From a virus: DNA of 64,000 nucleotides. Positions 27,303 through 37,892 of this stretch are shown here, in pieces. The stretch's first letter is position 1. Each line of letters begins with the position of its first letter. Under the pieces are notes generated by a model. The model was not told the origin of the DNA, searched no databases, and saw nothing but the letters and a program-made list of their open reading frames with translations. Position numbers and translations under genes: made by a program. The DNA lies in the IMG/VR virus record IMGVR_UViG_3300037088_000361, positions 63,844-127,843 of that record, one strand, 5' to 3'.

Positions 27303-30300
27303 ATGGGCGTCAAGTTCAGCGTTGCTATCATAATGAGGAATGCGGTCAAGACCTTGCCCAGGCTTGCCGTTTCTCTTAAGGAATTCCTAGCACATGGGGG
27401 AGAGTGGATAGGGATGGACACCGGGTCTACGGACGGCACTCCCCAGCTTGCCCGAGACTTGGGTTGCACGGTCTTTGAGGTCGGGGACAAGTTCATCTTT
27501 GAGCTACCATCGGGACTGGTGGAGAAGATAAACACTCGGTTTGTGGTATCGGGTGAAGAGCTAATAGTACAGGTGTCCGACCGCTTGTTTGACTACTCGT
27601 CAGCCAGGAACTTTGCCGCCAAGATGGCGAGCAACGATGTTGTATCAATGCCCGATGCAGATGAGCAGTATACCAACCTTAACATAGACGCCATCGAGAA
27701 GGTCATTGACCAAGGCTACCAGCAGTTTGAATTCCATTTCATATTCGCTCACGACCACCTTGGTCGTCCCGCTGTGGCTTTCCGACAGTGTAAAATGTAT
27801 GATAGACGGAAGATGTCCTGGACCGGTATCGTACATGAAGTGCTGACTGGAAATGCAAATCGAACATACTTGCCCCCCGATGTCCTTTTGCTGGAGCATT
27901 TTCAGATACTAGACAACACACCGCATCGAAATAGATATCTTGCTGGTCTATCCTTGGATTGTTACCTTAATCAGGAAAATGATAGAAATAGCCACTATTT
28001 GGCCCGAGAATTTATGTGGTCAGGACGCCCCAAGAGTGCCATACGAGAGTTTGATAGGCACATTGCTATGAACCGATGGGCGCAAGAAAGGGGACAATCT
28101 CTTATCTTCCGTGGAGATTGCTATCTATCTTTGGGGAACGAGGAAGAAGCGTTAGCATCTTGGCACCGGGCGATAACAGCCGATGGCACAAGGCGGGAGC
28201 CGTGGCTTCGTCTTGCCGACTATTTTTGGAAGAAGAATGACCCTCAGAAGGTTGTCAGCTATGTATCCGCCGCCTTGGAGGTTCCATTTAACGATTGCTA
28301 TTGCAACCAGCAATCCCACTATAGGGATATTCCACATCAATTGATGTATTGGGCGTTATGGTGGCTTGGCGACCGAGAACGCTCCAAGGAGCATTGGCAG
28401 AAGGCCCTTGCCTATGACCCGACCAACCCCAAGTACATCCAAGACAAGCAGTATTACGAGTCCGACCCCAATGCTTACATCCAACCAACCCCGGAGATTG
28501 AAGGCTGGATGACCCCCTTTGAACTCAACTGGCTCCATCAGCAGGCAAAAAAGGTTGATAGCATCCTAGAACTGGGAAGCTGGAAGGGACGAAGTACGCA
28601 CGCCCTGTTGTCCGGTTGCAAGGGCAAGGTCACCTGCGTGGACACATGGAAGGGGTCGGCCGACCCACGTGACTCGACCAACGTCATGGCGAAGCAAGCG
28701 GATGTCCTGGTCGAGTTCAAGAATAACGTCGGGCACTTCCCCAACCTTGAAATCGTGCAGATGGACAGCGCCTATGCCGCCGCCAAGTTCGCCGCTGAGG
28801 GACGGAAGTTTGATATGGTGTTCATTGACGCCGGGCATACATATGAAGAGGTCAAGCGGGACATTGAGTTGTGGCGGCATAAGGCCAAGGTCATCCTCTC
28901 GGGGCATGATTATCTCCCGCAGACATGGATGGGCGTGTGCCAGGCGGTAGATGAGTTATGCGGCAAAACCTACAAAGCGGAGTCCATCTGGTATACCCCT
29001 GCGGTGCCTATGCCTAGAATTCAGGGGTTATACCCCGAATCTTTAGCTGAATTCCAAGATAAAATAGAGGCGAATACCCCCTTTTCTTTTGTTAAATGCG
29101 GAGATGGTGAGCTGGCCTGTATGAATGGGGAACAAGGGGGCACTTGTGACGGGCAGCCCTACTCTTTTGAACTGAACACCGCCTTACGCAGGGTCTTTGC
29201 CTTCTTGATGTCCCATAGCTCCTACTTGGCAGCTTGGGAAGACCGTGCCGATGCGGATGGACGCCTGCTCTTGCACCGCACCGACACCCAAAACATGGCT
29301 GCCTTGAGGTCTTTCTACGGAACTGTGCGCAATTCACCAAATCGGAAGGTATTCATCGGTCCCGCCAAGTTGTCGGGGGCTGCCAAGATGCTTCGGGCTG
29401 AGCATCTCACTGTTCCCGACAAGGATGCATTCTCTGGTTACAACGAACTGTGGGACCGACTGAAGGGGATGCTTGTCGAGAGGGGTATCTACCTGTTTAG
29501 CGCCGGACCCACTGCTAAAGTTCTTATAGCCGACGCGCTCAGGGCTTGCCCAAGCATCACTTGCCTAGACACAGGAAGCTCTTTTGACCCCATCTTCCTT
29601 AGCCAGACTAGGACTTTCCAAGCACCTCAGGGGGAGCTTAGAGAGTTGTATGCTGATTTTTTAGAGCCAAAGATTCCTAAAAGTGTTTTCACCGTCTGGC
29701 TCTCCGACGGCCCAGAGTTGCCGTCCAATATTGAGAAGTGTGTGGCCAGCCAGCGGGCAGTTCCTGGGTATGAGCACAAGGTAATCACACTTGCCGACCT
29801 GCCCAAGGGCATACCCTATCTTGATGCGGCCATCGCAGCCAAGAGGTGGGTCAAGGCGTCAGACTACCTGCGTATCCACGAATTAGTTGAGAGAGGGGGC
29901 ATCCACTTGGACGCAGATGTGGAGGTGTTGCCCGGCAGGAACTTTGATGACCTGCTGAGTGCTTCTCTCTTTGTGGGAAGAGAGGAGAACGGGTTTATCT
30001 CTACGGCCGTAATCGGAGCCATTCCTAATCATCCTCTCCTGAAGGAGCACCTAGAGGAAGTCGTCCGCAAGTTCAAAGGGGACGACGACAAGAACTTTGA
30101 GTCGTCCTTGGAGTTAATCACGCCTCGTATCTATACGGCAGCGACAACCGACAACAGCATCCAAATATGCTCCCCCGAGTACTTTTACCCATATAATCAT
30201 CAGACGGGATGTATCAATGTTACCGGTAATACCCGTGTTTTTCATCATTTCCTGAAGTCCTGGACCAAGGGGAAGGAAAGTGGGGATTTACTACCCACGG

Positions 30301-30920
30301 TCGCCATCCTGATACCCACTCTGGGACGCCCAGAGGGACTCCAGCGATGCCTAGACTCCATTGACCAGCTCTATTACCCAAAACATCTGGTTCGAGTTGT
30401 CGTTGACCACGATGAGGGCACGGTTCCCCAGAAGGTCAACCGTATGGCCACCGCTAATCAAGATGTGGATGCTTTTCTGTATGCGGCTAACGATGTTGAG
30501 TTTAATGACCCATGGTGCTTGTATCGGGCGGTCAAGGAGGCACAGGGCAATCCACCCGACCCACATCCGTTTGAGGTGCCGCCAACCACACCATTCCTGT
30601 ATGGCTTGGTGTCCTTTAACACCGGACCGGTGTATTCTGATGAGGGCAATATCTCGGAGCACTTCCTTATCACCAAAGCGCTCTGGGATGAGCTCGGAGA
30701 GATATTTTCCGAGAAGTTCCACCATTGTGGCTGTGACAACTTGTTGTGGGCGAAGGCGCAGAAGCTCAAGCAGGCATATCATTCTGAGACCGCAAAAATA
30801 ACCCACCACCACTTCACTAAAGGCGCTCCGAGGGATGATGTATATAGCATTGGGTGGTCACAGGTAGAGCAGGACCGGGCCATTCTCGTTGAGGAGCTTA
30901 AAAAGCTGGAGGCTATCTAG
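27303..30920 (+). CDS. multi-domain glycosyltransferase (GT2 + TPR + SAM methyltransferase + GT-D-like + DXD GT32-like + GT2-like)
   Basis: MDTGSTDGT and PDADE; TPR helices; LELGSWKGRST and FIDAGHTYE; KCGDGE and DTGSSFD; SDYLR...GGIHLDADV; ILIPTLGR. Confidence 0.85.
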   Translation: MGVKFSVAIIMRNAVKTLPRLAVSLKEFLAHGGEWIGMDTGSTDGTPQLARDLGCTVFEVGDKFIFELPSGLVEKINTRFVVSGEELIVQVSDRLFDYSSARNFAAKMASNDVVSMPDADEQYTNLNIDAIEKVIDQGYQQFEFHFIFAHDHLGRPAVAFRQCKMYDRRKMSWTGIVHEVLTGNANRTYLPPDVLLLEHFQILDNTPHRNRYLAGLSLDCYLNQENDRNSHYLAREFMWSGRPKSAIREFDRHIAMNRWAQERGQSLIFRGDCYLSLGNEEEALASWHRAITADGTRREPWLRLADYFWKKNDPQKVVSYVSAALEVPFNDCYCNQQSHYRDIPHQLMYWALWWLGDRERSKEHWQKALAYDPTNPKYIQDKQYYESDPNAYIQPTPEIEGWMTPFELNWLHQQAKKVDSILELGSWKGRSTHALLSGCKGKVTCVDTWKGSADPRDSTNVMAKQADVLVEFKNNVGHFPNLEIVQMDSAYAAAKFAAEGRKFDMVFIDAGHTYEEVKRDIELWRHKAKVILSGHDYLPQTWMGVCQAVDELCGKTYKAESIWYTPAVPMPRIQGLYPESLAEFQDKIEANTPFSFVKCGDGELACMNGEQGGTCDGQPYSFELNTALRRVFAFLMSHSSYLAAWEDRADADGRLLLHRTDTQNMAALRSFYGTVRNSPNRKVFIGPAKLSGAAKMLRAEHLTVPDKDAFSGYNELWDRLKGMLVERGIYLFSAGPTAKVLIADALRACPSITCLDTGSSFDPIFLSQTRTFQAPQGELRELYADFLEPKIPKSVFTVWLSDGPELPSNIEKCVASQRAVPGYEHKVITLADLPKGIPYLDAAIAAKRWVKASDYLRIHELVERGGIHLDADVEVLPGRNFDDLLSASLFVGREENGFISTAVIGAIPNHPLLKEHLEEVVRKFKGDDDKNFESSLELITPRIYTAATTDNSIQICSPEYFYPYNHQTGCINVTGNTRVFHHFLKSWTKGKESGDLLPTVAILIPTLGRPEGLQRCLDSIDQLYYPKHLVRVVVDHDEGTVPQKVNRMATANQDVDAFLYAANDVEFNDPWCLYRAVKEAQGNPPDPHPFEVPPTTPFLYGLVSFNTGPVYSDEGNISEHFLITKALWDELGEIFSEKFHHCGCDNLLWAKAQKLKQAYHSETAKITHHHFTKGAPRDDVYSIGWSQVEQDRAILVEELKKLEAI

Positions 30921-31001
30921 CCCCTTTCAAATCCCGCCTACAGCCTCCTTAAGTTAGAGGTCTAGGCGGATGTCATCTACCTTTAGATAGTAATATATTC
31001 T

Positions 31002-31697
31002 ATGAAGAAAATTACTAGCCCGCTTAAAGTTGAACTTGACACGGTCATCCCTTCGCTTGATTTCAGGACCGTTCGGCAGGAGCTTGCTTTGCAGGGTAAG
31101 AAGTTCGGCAAGGACGCCCTCCACAATATCCCTTACTCCCAGCTTCACCTTTGTTGCATCGGTTCGGCCGGTGTGACCGCCTGCTCTCCTCGGATAGTCT
31201 ATCTTGAAAAAGAACGTAGACTGGAGCGCTTCGTGTCTCTCGCCCCGGAAGAGCTTGCCCGCTCTGAGCGGTGGCTCAAGGCAGAAGGAATGTTCAACGA
31301 TGTCGTGGCGGAAGTCACCGCCAAGTCTGCTCCCGCTTGGGACAACCTCAAGCCCCGACAGCAGCTTGTGGCTGTGTTGTTCTGCCTCTATAATCACACG
31401 GATGACCCCGAGGACCGGGTGGTGGAGGTAATCGCTTTGTTGCAGGAGTCGGCGGGCGATGGCATACCGCCAATGCTCTGCTCTGAGCTTTGTTCCAAGG
31501 TGGTCAGCCTGACCCGTAGACTCCTCGGCATGGGGGTGGAGGAGAAGGACAAGATTGGGGACTCCGAGTTCCGGGAGGGGGTATTTCAAGTCATTGAGGC
31601 AATCCTTGGCGTCCTGCCCAAGGAGGAGCAGGCGGTGCTTATTCAAGAGAGGCTTAGGGGATTTTCCTGTACCTCCGATTGCTACCGCTCGTACTAA
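31002..31697 (+). CDS. hypothetical protein
   Basis: 231-aa ORF. Confidence 0.6.
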   Translation: MKKITSPLKVELDTVIPSLDFRTVRQELALQGKKFGKDALHNIPYSQLHLCCIGSAGVTACSPRIVYLEKERRLERFVSLAPEELARSERWLKAEGMFNDVVAEVTAKSAPAWDNLKPRQQLVAVLFCLYNHTDDPEDRVVEVIALLQESAGDGIPPMLCSELCSKVVSLTRRLLGMGVEEKDKIGDSEFREGVFQVIEAILGVLPKEEQAVLIQERLRGFSCTSDCYRSY

Positions 31698-31759
31698 AGT
31701 ATATAAAAATCCCCTAAAAAGTCTTCGGGTGGTGTATTATACCTATGGAGGGAATATTC

Positions 31760-33664
31760 ATGGGAGATACACCCACAGTGACAGTCGGCATGGAAGACCG
31801 GGACCTTCAGTCCCCGTTTGCCGTTAACTACTCACCCAACCTAATTGACCACTTCCCGTTCCCCACCATTAGGCCCGCCCAGACCAAGGCTCTTGATACT
31901 TTCAATCAAGCCGTCAAGCAAAACAAGAAGTTTATCGTGCTGGAATTGCCCTGCGGCGTGGGGAAAAGCCCCCTTGCCATCGACATCGGGTCTTGGGCAA
32001 AGACGCTGCCGGAAAGCAACAACATTGAGCCGGGGTCATATATCCTGACACCGCAAAAATCCCTTCAAGACCAATACCTCAGGGAATTTGAGCCCCGTGG
32101 TCTGGCGTGCCTGAAGGGCAAGTCGAACTACACCTGCAATGGCTTCCACTACCCCGAGGAAGAAGGTGGGGAGGCGATGGACTGTGAGACCGCCGAGGAT
32201 TTTTACGGCGAGGAACACAAGGAGAACTGCACAGGATATAAGCCCACGAAGGCTCAGTTTATCAATACCCCACTTGGCACCACCAACTTTTCCTACTACC
32301 TCGGAGAGGTTAATTACGCTGGGCAGCTTCCCGACCGCAAGGTGCTTATTTTGGATGAATCTCACAACACTGAGCAGCAAATTCTGGCTCTGGCTTCCGT
32401 TGAAATTAACCGATACCGCTGTGAGGAAGCAGGAGTCAAGTTTGAAGATGTTCCTTACCTTAACCCTGACCGCCCGGACCCAAGCACTGGTACTGGTGAG
32501 GCTCTTGACTGGCTGAATGAGGTCTTTGTCCCAGCCGCCTTGAAATATATTGCCGAGGAGAAGTCCGAGGCACAGGACTTACAGGACCAGCACGGGATGA
32601 AGAAGGAAGCCGCCAAGCATATGCGTAAGGCACGGGGTATGGACCGGTTTCTTCAGTCCCTTAATCTCTTTCTTACTTCTGAAAACCGAACTGACTGGGC
32701 AGTATGGTCCGAACCGGCTACCGAGATGTGCCCTAACTGCCGTGCCAAGCTCCGTCCCGGTACCAAGGCGTGCTGGCGGCGGGATTGCAAGGCTCTCATC
32801 CCAGAGCGTCCAGCTAAGCTCATCATCCGTCCCTTGACCGCTGCTATGTTCGCTGACAAACTGCTTTTTTCCCACGCCGAGAAAGTCGTCTTTATGTCAG
32901 CGACCATCCTTGCCTTCAATCCATTCCTTAAGGCCTTGGGAATCAACCGTGATGAAGCCGTTTGTTTGTCCGTGCCAAGTGAGTTTCCGGTGGAGAACCG
33001 CAGGGTATATGTAAAAAAATGGCAAAAGGGTCACGGTAGTATGAGCTTCCGTTGCATCGACCACACTTTGCCTGAAATGGCGCAGGAGGTTGAGCACATT
33101 ATGCGCAAGCACGCCCATGATAAAGGCATCGTGCATTGCGTTTCCTTCAAGGTGGCTAAATACCTAATTGACTATTTGACTCGATGTGGGCTTGGTGACC
33201 GTATTATCACCCACACGTCCGAGGAGAAAGGCTCCCGTGATAAGGCGGTGGAAGAGCACATTGCCTCCACTAAGGCGTCCGTATTATTTAGCCCTAGTAT
33301 GCAAGAGGGGTTGGACCTGAAAGAGGAGTTGAGCCGTTTTCAAATTATAGCTAAGGTTCCATATCAACCCCTTACTCCTTATGTTCGTGCCCGTATGGCT
33401 CGTGACCCACTTTGGTACACCTACACCGCCGCACTTGCTCTGATGCAGGCTACAGGGAGGTCGGTTAGGTCAATGACTGACTGGGCTGTCACTTACATTT
33501 TGGATGGGGATTTTGAGTCGTTTGTTAAGAGGGCAGGAGCCATAATTCCTGACTGGTGGTCAGAGGCTGTCGAGTTTATGAGGGAATGGCCTGAGGAGAT
33601 ACGTCCGTCATGGGTGATTTCCCAGTCTTTTGTATCCAACAATTTACCATCCGCAACCGTATGA
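31760..33664 (+). CDS. DinG/Rad3-family SF2 helicase
   Basis: Q motif RPAQ, PCGVGKS, DESH, MSAT, EGLD, QATGRSVRS. Confidence 0.9.
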   Translation: MGDTPTVTVGMEDRDLQSPFAVNYSPNLIDHFPFPTIRPAQTKALDTFNQAVKQNKKFIVLELPCGVGKSPLAIDIGSWAKTLPESNNIEPGSYILTPQKSLQDQYLREFEPRGLACLKGKSNYTCNGFHYPEEEGGEAMDCETAEDFYGEEHKENCTGYKPTKAQFINTPLGTTNFSYYLGEVNYAGQLPDRKVLILDESHNTEQQILALASVEINRYRCEEAGVKFEDVPYLNPDRPDPSTGTGEALDWLNEVFVPAALKYIAEEKSEAQDLQDQHGMKKEAAKHMRKARGMDRFLQSLNLFLTSENRTDWAVWSEPATEMCPNCRAKLRPGTKACWRRDCKALIPERPAKLIIRPLTAAMFADKLLFSHAEKVVFMSATILAFNPFLKALGINRDEAVCLSVPSEFPVENRRVYVKKWQKGHGSMSFRCIDHTLPEMAQEVEHIMRKHAHDKGIVHCVSFKVAKYLIDYLTRCGLGDRIITHTSEEKGSRDKAVEEHIASTKASVLFSPSMQEGLDLKEELSRFQIIAKVPYQPLTPYVRARMARDPLWYTYTAALALMQATGRSVRSMTDWAVTYILDGDFESFVKRAGAIIPDWWSEAVEFMREWPEEIRPSWVISQSFVSNNLPSATV

Positions 33665-33677
33665 ACGGAGGTTAACT

Positions 33678-33881
33678 ATGAGAACAGCAATCTGGGTATT
33701 CCTGTTGTTTGCGCTTAGCTTTATGCAGAAGGCGTCGGTCAAGTGGCTGGGAATTGACCCTATCCAGCCGAGGGGATTCCGTAATTTTATCACCCTGTGC
33801 GTGCTTGTGCTTTTTATCGTCTGCTTTTTCATTTGTGTGTTACAGGACTTGAAGGAGTTGTCAGAAGGAGATAAGCCATGA
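33678..33881 (+). CDS. small two-TM membrane protein
   Basis: GGAGG RBS; two hydrophobic segments. Confidence 0.55.
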   Translation: MRTAIWVFLLFALSFMQKASVKWLGIDPIQPRGFRNFITLCVLVLFIVCFFICVLQDLKELSEGDKP

Positions 33882-34528
33882 AGACCATCAAGCTGACCCG
33901 CACCATCCGCAGGGAGGTTGACGGGGTGTTCGTCTACATCGGACCGAAGGGCATTGGCTTTAGGGACAAGCACCGCCCGAAGCGGGAGACCTTTGAACTG
34001 ACGTGGAAGCAGGTTTATGTACAAGCCCAGCTTTTTGCTTGCGCCGAGGAGGAAAGGAGCCTAAAGTCTCTTGTTGAGGTCAAGCCCGTAATATCCGTTG
34101 ACCCAAAGCAGATGCCGATGTTCCCCATAGAGTCACCGTTTCCTATCGTCCACACTCCAGAGGAAGCTATGGAGCACCTGAAAGCTGGTGGTGGTGGTAT
34201 TGGGGTGGACCTCAGCCACCTGTCACGAGAGGAGGCTCTGAAGGAGTCGGAAAGGCTATCAGAACTGCATATGGAGATTACTTCCAAGCAACGACGGCGT
34301 AGTGCGTGGATTTCTCCCCCTCCTCCACAGGATATCGTATTTGACGAGGGAGTCAACTGCGAGGATGTTCCCAAATGCGACCAAGAGTTCCCGCAGTCCC
34401 CCGGACCCGAGCCTGACGACGGGACCTGTTTTGTCTACCTAAACAGGATAGGTGCGCCCGACCCCGAGGAGGCTGCCGGGCTGGACATGGTGGCGGAAAC
34501 AGAGGAAGATGAGAGCATCACGTCCTAG
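33878..34528 (+). CDS. hypothetical protein
   Basis: AAGGAG RBS, ATGA overlap. Confidence 0.6.
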   Translation: MKTIKLTRTIRREVDGVFVYIGPKGIGFRDKHRPKRETFELTWKQVYVQAQLFACAEEERSLKSLVEVKPVISVDPKQMPMFPIESPFPIVHTPEEAMEHLKAGGGGIGVDLSHLSREEALKESERLSELHMEITSKQRRRSAWISPPPPQDIVFDEGVNCEDVPKCDQEFPQSPGPEPDDGTCFVYLNRIGAPDPEEAAGLDMVAETEEDESITS

Positions 34529-34802
34529 ATATCCCCGGCCGCAGGACATAGCGACCTACAAGCTCGCCCTGGGGCAGGCCATTCCCGTGGACGCCCCCTT
34601 GCAGATGGGCTACCGGGAGTCAGCCAAGCTCGTGCCCAACTGGCGCTTCCAAGGCATCACCAAGGGCATCCAGTGGGTCGCTGATGTGTACTGCGGAGGG
34701 TTCTGTTATGTGGCCGTGGGAAGGTTCAACGAGCAGGTGAGGTCCCTGCCTGCGGCCATCCGGTTTATAAGGACTCAGCTTGCGATGCGCGGGGTGCTAT
34801 AG
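34509..34802 (+). CDS. hypothetical protein
   Basis: GAGG RBS before ATG 34509. Confidence 0.5.
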   Translation: MRASRPRYPRPQDIATYKLALGQAIPVDAPLQMGYRESAKLVPNWRFQGITKGIQWVADVYCGGFCYVAVGRFNEQVRSLPAAIRFIRTQLAMRGVL

Positions 34803-35453
34803 CTTTTGGTGCTTTCCACAGGTGCAGGGCTTGCCACGGTTGATGTTCCAACGCTGGCACATCCCAATGGGTCCACCTTTTAGACCTCCTTTGCGCCCTC
34901 CAATTTTACCTCCTTTACTACAACTTTCTTTAGTGGCTATAGAAGTAATATGACCGCTTTCTATATTTTTACGACCGCCTTTTCTTTGATTATCAATAGT
35001 ATGCATAGAATCCATATGACCGGTTTCTACGTTTTTTCGTCCGCTTATTTTACCACCTATCTTGCCGCCTTTGCTGCAAGTTTCAAAGGTTTTAATTGAA
35101 GCAAGCTGACCACTTTTTACAGCTTTTCTACCGCCTATCCTTCCTATGTTTTCGTAGTCTACAGAACCTGGTAATGTTAGATTCATCCCATCAGGATACC
35201 CCCACCATGTATGGTGCTTGAAAATCTCCACTGTTTCAGCAAAGTCGGCATCTCCTTTGTTTGTTATAGTTTCTCCAAAGAACTCAGGTGTAGGAAGGAT
35301 GCATTGGGGAAATACTTTTTTGAATCTTTTTCCAAACCCCTCTTTTCCTATCCGATGCTCTCCATCCCTTTGTCCAAGTCTTCGTGTTTGTCCGATATAA
35401 ATCCACTTTTCAGGGATAACAGGGTGGGGATATCTGTAAAGTTTTATGTCCAT
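34797..35453 (-). CDS. GIY-YIG-like endonuclease with GRKNxESG/KGG repeats
   Basis: KLYRY...IYIGQT...R...H; C-terminal CQRWNINRGKPCTCGKH. Confidence 0.7.
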   Translation of the reverse strand: MDIKLYRYPHPVIPEKWIYIGQTRRLGQRDGEHRIGKEGFGKRFKKVFPQCILPTPEFFGETITNKGDADFAETVEIFKHHTWWGYPDGMNLTLPGSVDYENIGRIGGRKAVKSGQLASIKTFETCSKGGKIGGKISGRKNVETGHMDSMHTIDNQRKGGRKNIESGHITSIATKESCSKGGKIGGRKGGLKGGPIGMCQRWNINRGKPCTCGKHQKL

Positions 35454-35787
35454 ATATAGATAAAGTTGGTATTTCAAGTTATTAGAATTGGGTATTAACT
35501 CGGGAGGAACTTTTCCAACTTGCCGCACAGGCCATCAAGACCGCCCGCTATGCCGATACTTTCGTCGGGGCGGAACGGGACAATCTCGGTCGCTTGAAAG
35601 ACTGATTTTTCGGTATTATAGGGTAGGAGGAGTTGCCCTATGAAGCCAAGGTACCGTTATATTTGCCCGTGCGGGTTTCGTACTAATCGGTCTTGGAGGC
35701 TTGCAGCCCACAGGCACAAGTTGAAGCCAAAAGCTCAGGCAACGCCCATTGACCCCCTGAAGGGTTTGTTTTCCCGCTAGGAGACCT

Positions 35788-36510
35788 ATGAAGAATCCCA
35801 GCGAGGCATCTCCCGTCAGGCTTGTTAAGCTGGACACTCTTGAGGACCTCAAGCATGTCCTGTATGTCCAGAAGACCATCGGGCAGGGAGTCAGACGGGA
35901 GATGATAGCCTTGGCCACCACCAAGGAGCTTGCCACTGGCAAGGTCAGTGGTCCCGAGGAGATGCGCCGTATCATCACGGGTCAGTCAAGGCTCTTGGAG
36001 AAGTACGCCAAGTACCCGACCCTGTCGGAGTTCTCCTTCCATCCCTCTTTAGCCATGGCGACTCACTGGGGGGCCACCTTCGGCGTGGCCATCATGGTCA
36101 AGGCGTTGATTGTAGACCAGATTAAGGCAACGATGCCGGTGTTCGCCCCCTTCATGCGGAACATCTATATACTCATTCTCAAGGAACTGAACAACCCTAC
36201 CCACGAGTTTCTTATTGAGCCGCTGGAGGAGTCCATAAAATTTCGGGTTACCGTAGGGGAAGACGGCGAGGAGGTAGATAACGAGAAGAGCAAAATGCTC
36301 ACCCGCAGGCTCCTCTACCAAGCGACCGAGAGCCTGCTGATGATAAGCGTCCAGTACCAGATAGTTGAAGCGGCCCCAGTGGGGTTTGCAATCTCTGAGA
36401 TGGGGAGAAGGTGCCTTCTCCACCTCATCGACGCCGACATATTCCTCAACGAGCTTGCCGAGGCACACAAACGGTTCCAAAGCGAGCGTCCCCGCCTAAA
36501 TTTTCTTTGA
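35788..36510 (+). CDS. hypothetical protein
   Basis: AGGAG RBS, 240 aa. Confidence 0.65.
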   Translation: MKNPSEASPVRLVKLDTLEDLKHVLYVQKTIGQGVRREMIALATTKELATGKVSGPEEMRRIITGQSRLLEKYAKYPTLSEFSFHPSLAMATHWGATFGVAIMVKALIVDQIKATMPVFAPFMRNIYILILKELNNPTHEFLIEPLEESIKFRVTVGEDGEEVDNEKSKMLTRRLLYQATESLLMISVQYQIVEAAPVGFAISEMGRRCLLHLIDADIFLNELAEAHKRFQSERPRLNFL

Positions 36511-36556
36511 AAAACGAAAAAATGAACTTTCTAAACCACTTATAGGAGGAAAGCTC

Positions 36557-37837
36557 ATGTTCATCTATCTCATCGTCAATCACAAGACCGGAAAATACTA
36601 TGTCGGTCAACACAAAGGGAATAACTTAAAGCAATATCTTCAGAGGAAATTCTGGGATGCTAAGCATCAACGTAATGGAAGTTCTTACCTATACAATTCC
36701 ATGCGGAAATATCCGCAGTCTACATTGTGGTCCATCCATGCCCTCCGCTCTGACATACGAACCAAATCCGAACTTGACCAGACCGAGCGGGACTTTATTG
36801 CCTTTTTGAAGGCTCAGGACCCCGAGTATGGCTACAACATCTGCCGAGGAGGAGAAGGATTTACGGGACCACATTCCGAGGCATCTAAGAAGAAAACCTC
36901 TGTGGCTTCTAAACGAACATGGCAGAACCCTGAATTTAGAGAGCGAGTAATACCTAAGATTAGGGCTAGTCTTCAAACAGAGGAGTATAAACGCAAGGCA
37001 TCCTTGTCCCATATGGGACATGAGACATCAGATGTAACAAAGGGCAAGATATCCAAGACCCACAAGGACAATTGGCAAGACCCAGAGTATAGAGCCCAAA
37101 TGGAGAATTTTGGGATTTTCAACCTTACCAAGGAGCAACTTAGCGAGAACGGGCGCAAAGGGGGAGCCATTGCTGGGCTTATCAATGGTCCAAGGAGTGG
37201 CGTAAAGAATCTTCTCGCTCAATCTTATGAATCCAGGGTTCAAGCCGGGCTTAAGGGGGGTAGCACAACTGCCAGCAAGCCGGGGTTCCTTGCCGAGATT
37301 GGTCGTATCGCCAGATGTAAGCATTGGCAGGTAAGCAGAGGGAAACCCTGCCTATGCGGTCAGCATAGTCCTGCTGAAAGTCTTTTTTATGAGAAGCACT
37401 CCATCATCCATACCAAGAAGAATTATAGTGTTAGTAAAAAGGTTACAGACAAAAGGAAAGAACGAATGGCCTTTCTTGGCAAGATTCAAGGCAAGAAAAA
37501 TGCCGAGAGCGGTCACCTTGACACCATACGCACCAAGGAAAGTTGTAGCAAGGGTGGAAGAATAAACGGCGAGATTCAAGGAAAGAAGAATGTGGAGAAT
37601 AGGCAAGTCGCCGTCCTTGGCAGGACCCAAGGGAGGAAGAATGTGGAAAGTGGACAACTCGCCTCTATCCGCACCAAAGAAGGCTGTATTAAGGGTGGTA
37701 AGATAGGTGGAAAGACGGGAGGAATGACTCAAGGCAAGAAAAACACGGAGAATGGAACCCTTACTAAGGCTCGGTGTCTCCGCTGGAACATCCGCCGTGG
37801 TAAACCCTGCACCTGTGGAAAGCACAATATTTTATAA
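36557..37837 (+). CDS. GIY-YIG homing endonuclease with NUMOD3-like, GRKNxESG/KGG repeats and two Cys/His modules
   Basis: MFIYLIVN...YYVGQH...GYNICRGG; CKHWQVSRGKPCLCGQH and CLRWNIRRGKPCTCGKH. Confidence 0.85.
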   Translation: MFIYLIVNHKTGKYYVGQHKGNNLKQYLQRKFWDAKHQRNGSSYLYNSMRKYPQSTLWSIHALRSDIRTKSELDQTERDFIAFLKAQDPEYGYNICRGGEGFTGPHSEASKKKTSVASKRTWQNPEFRERVIPKIRASLQTEEYKRKASLSHMGHETSDVTKGKISKTHKDNWQDPEYRAQMENFGIFNLTKEQLSENGRKGGAIAGLINGPRSGVKNLLAQSYESRVQAGLKGGSTTASKPGFLAEIGRIARCKHWQVSRGKPCLCGQHSPAESLFYEKHSIIHTKKNYSVSKKVTDKRKERMAFLGKIQGKKNAESGHLDTIRTKESCSKGGRINGEIQGKKNVENRQVAVLGRTQGRKNVESGQLASIRTKEGCIKGGKIGGKTGGMTQGKKNTENGTLTKARCLRWNIRRGKPCTCGKHNIL

Positions 37838-37892
37838 AATCCTTCCAAAAAACCCTTTTACCGATGTATACTATAGATGGGAGGAAACAAAA

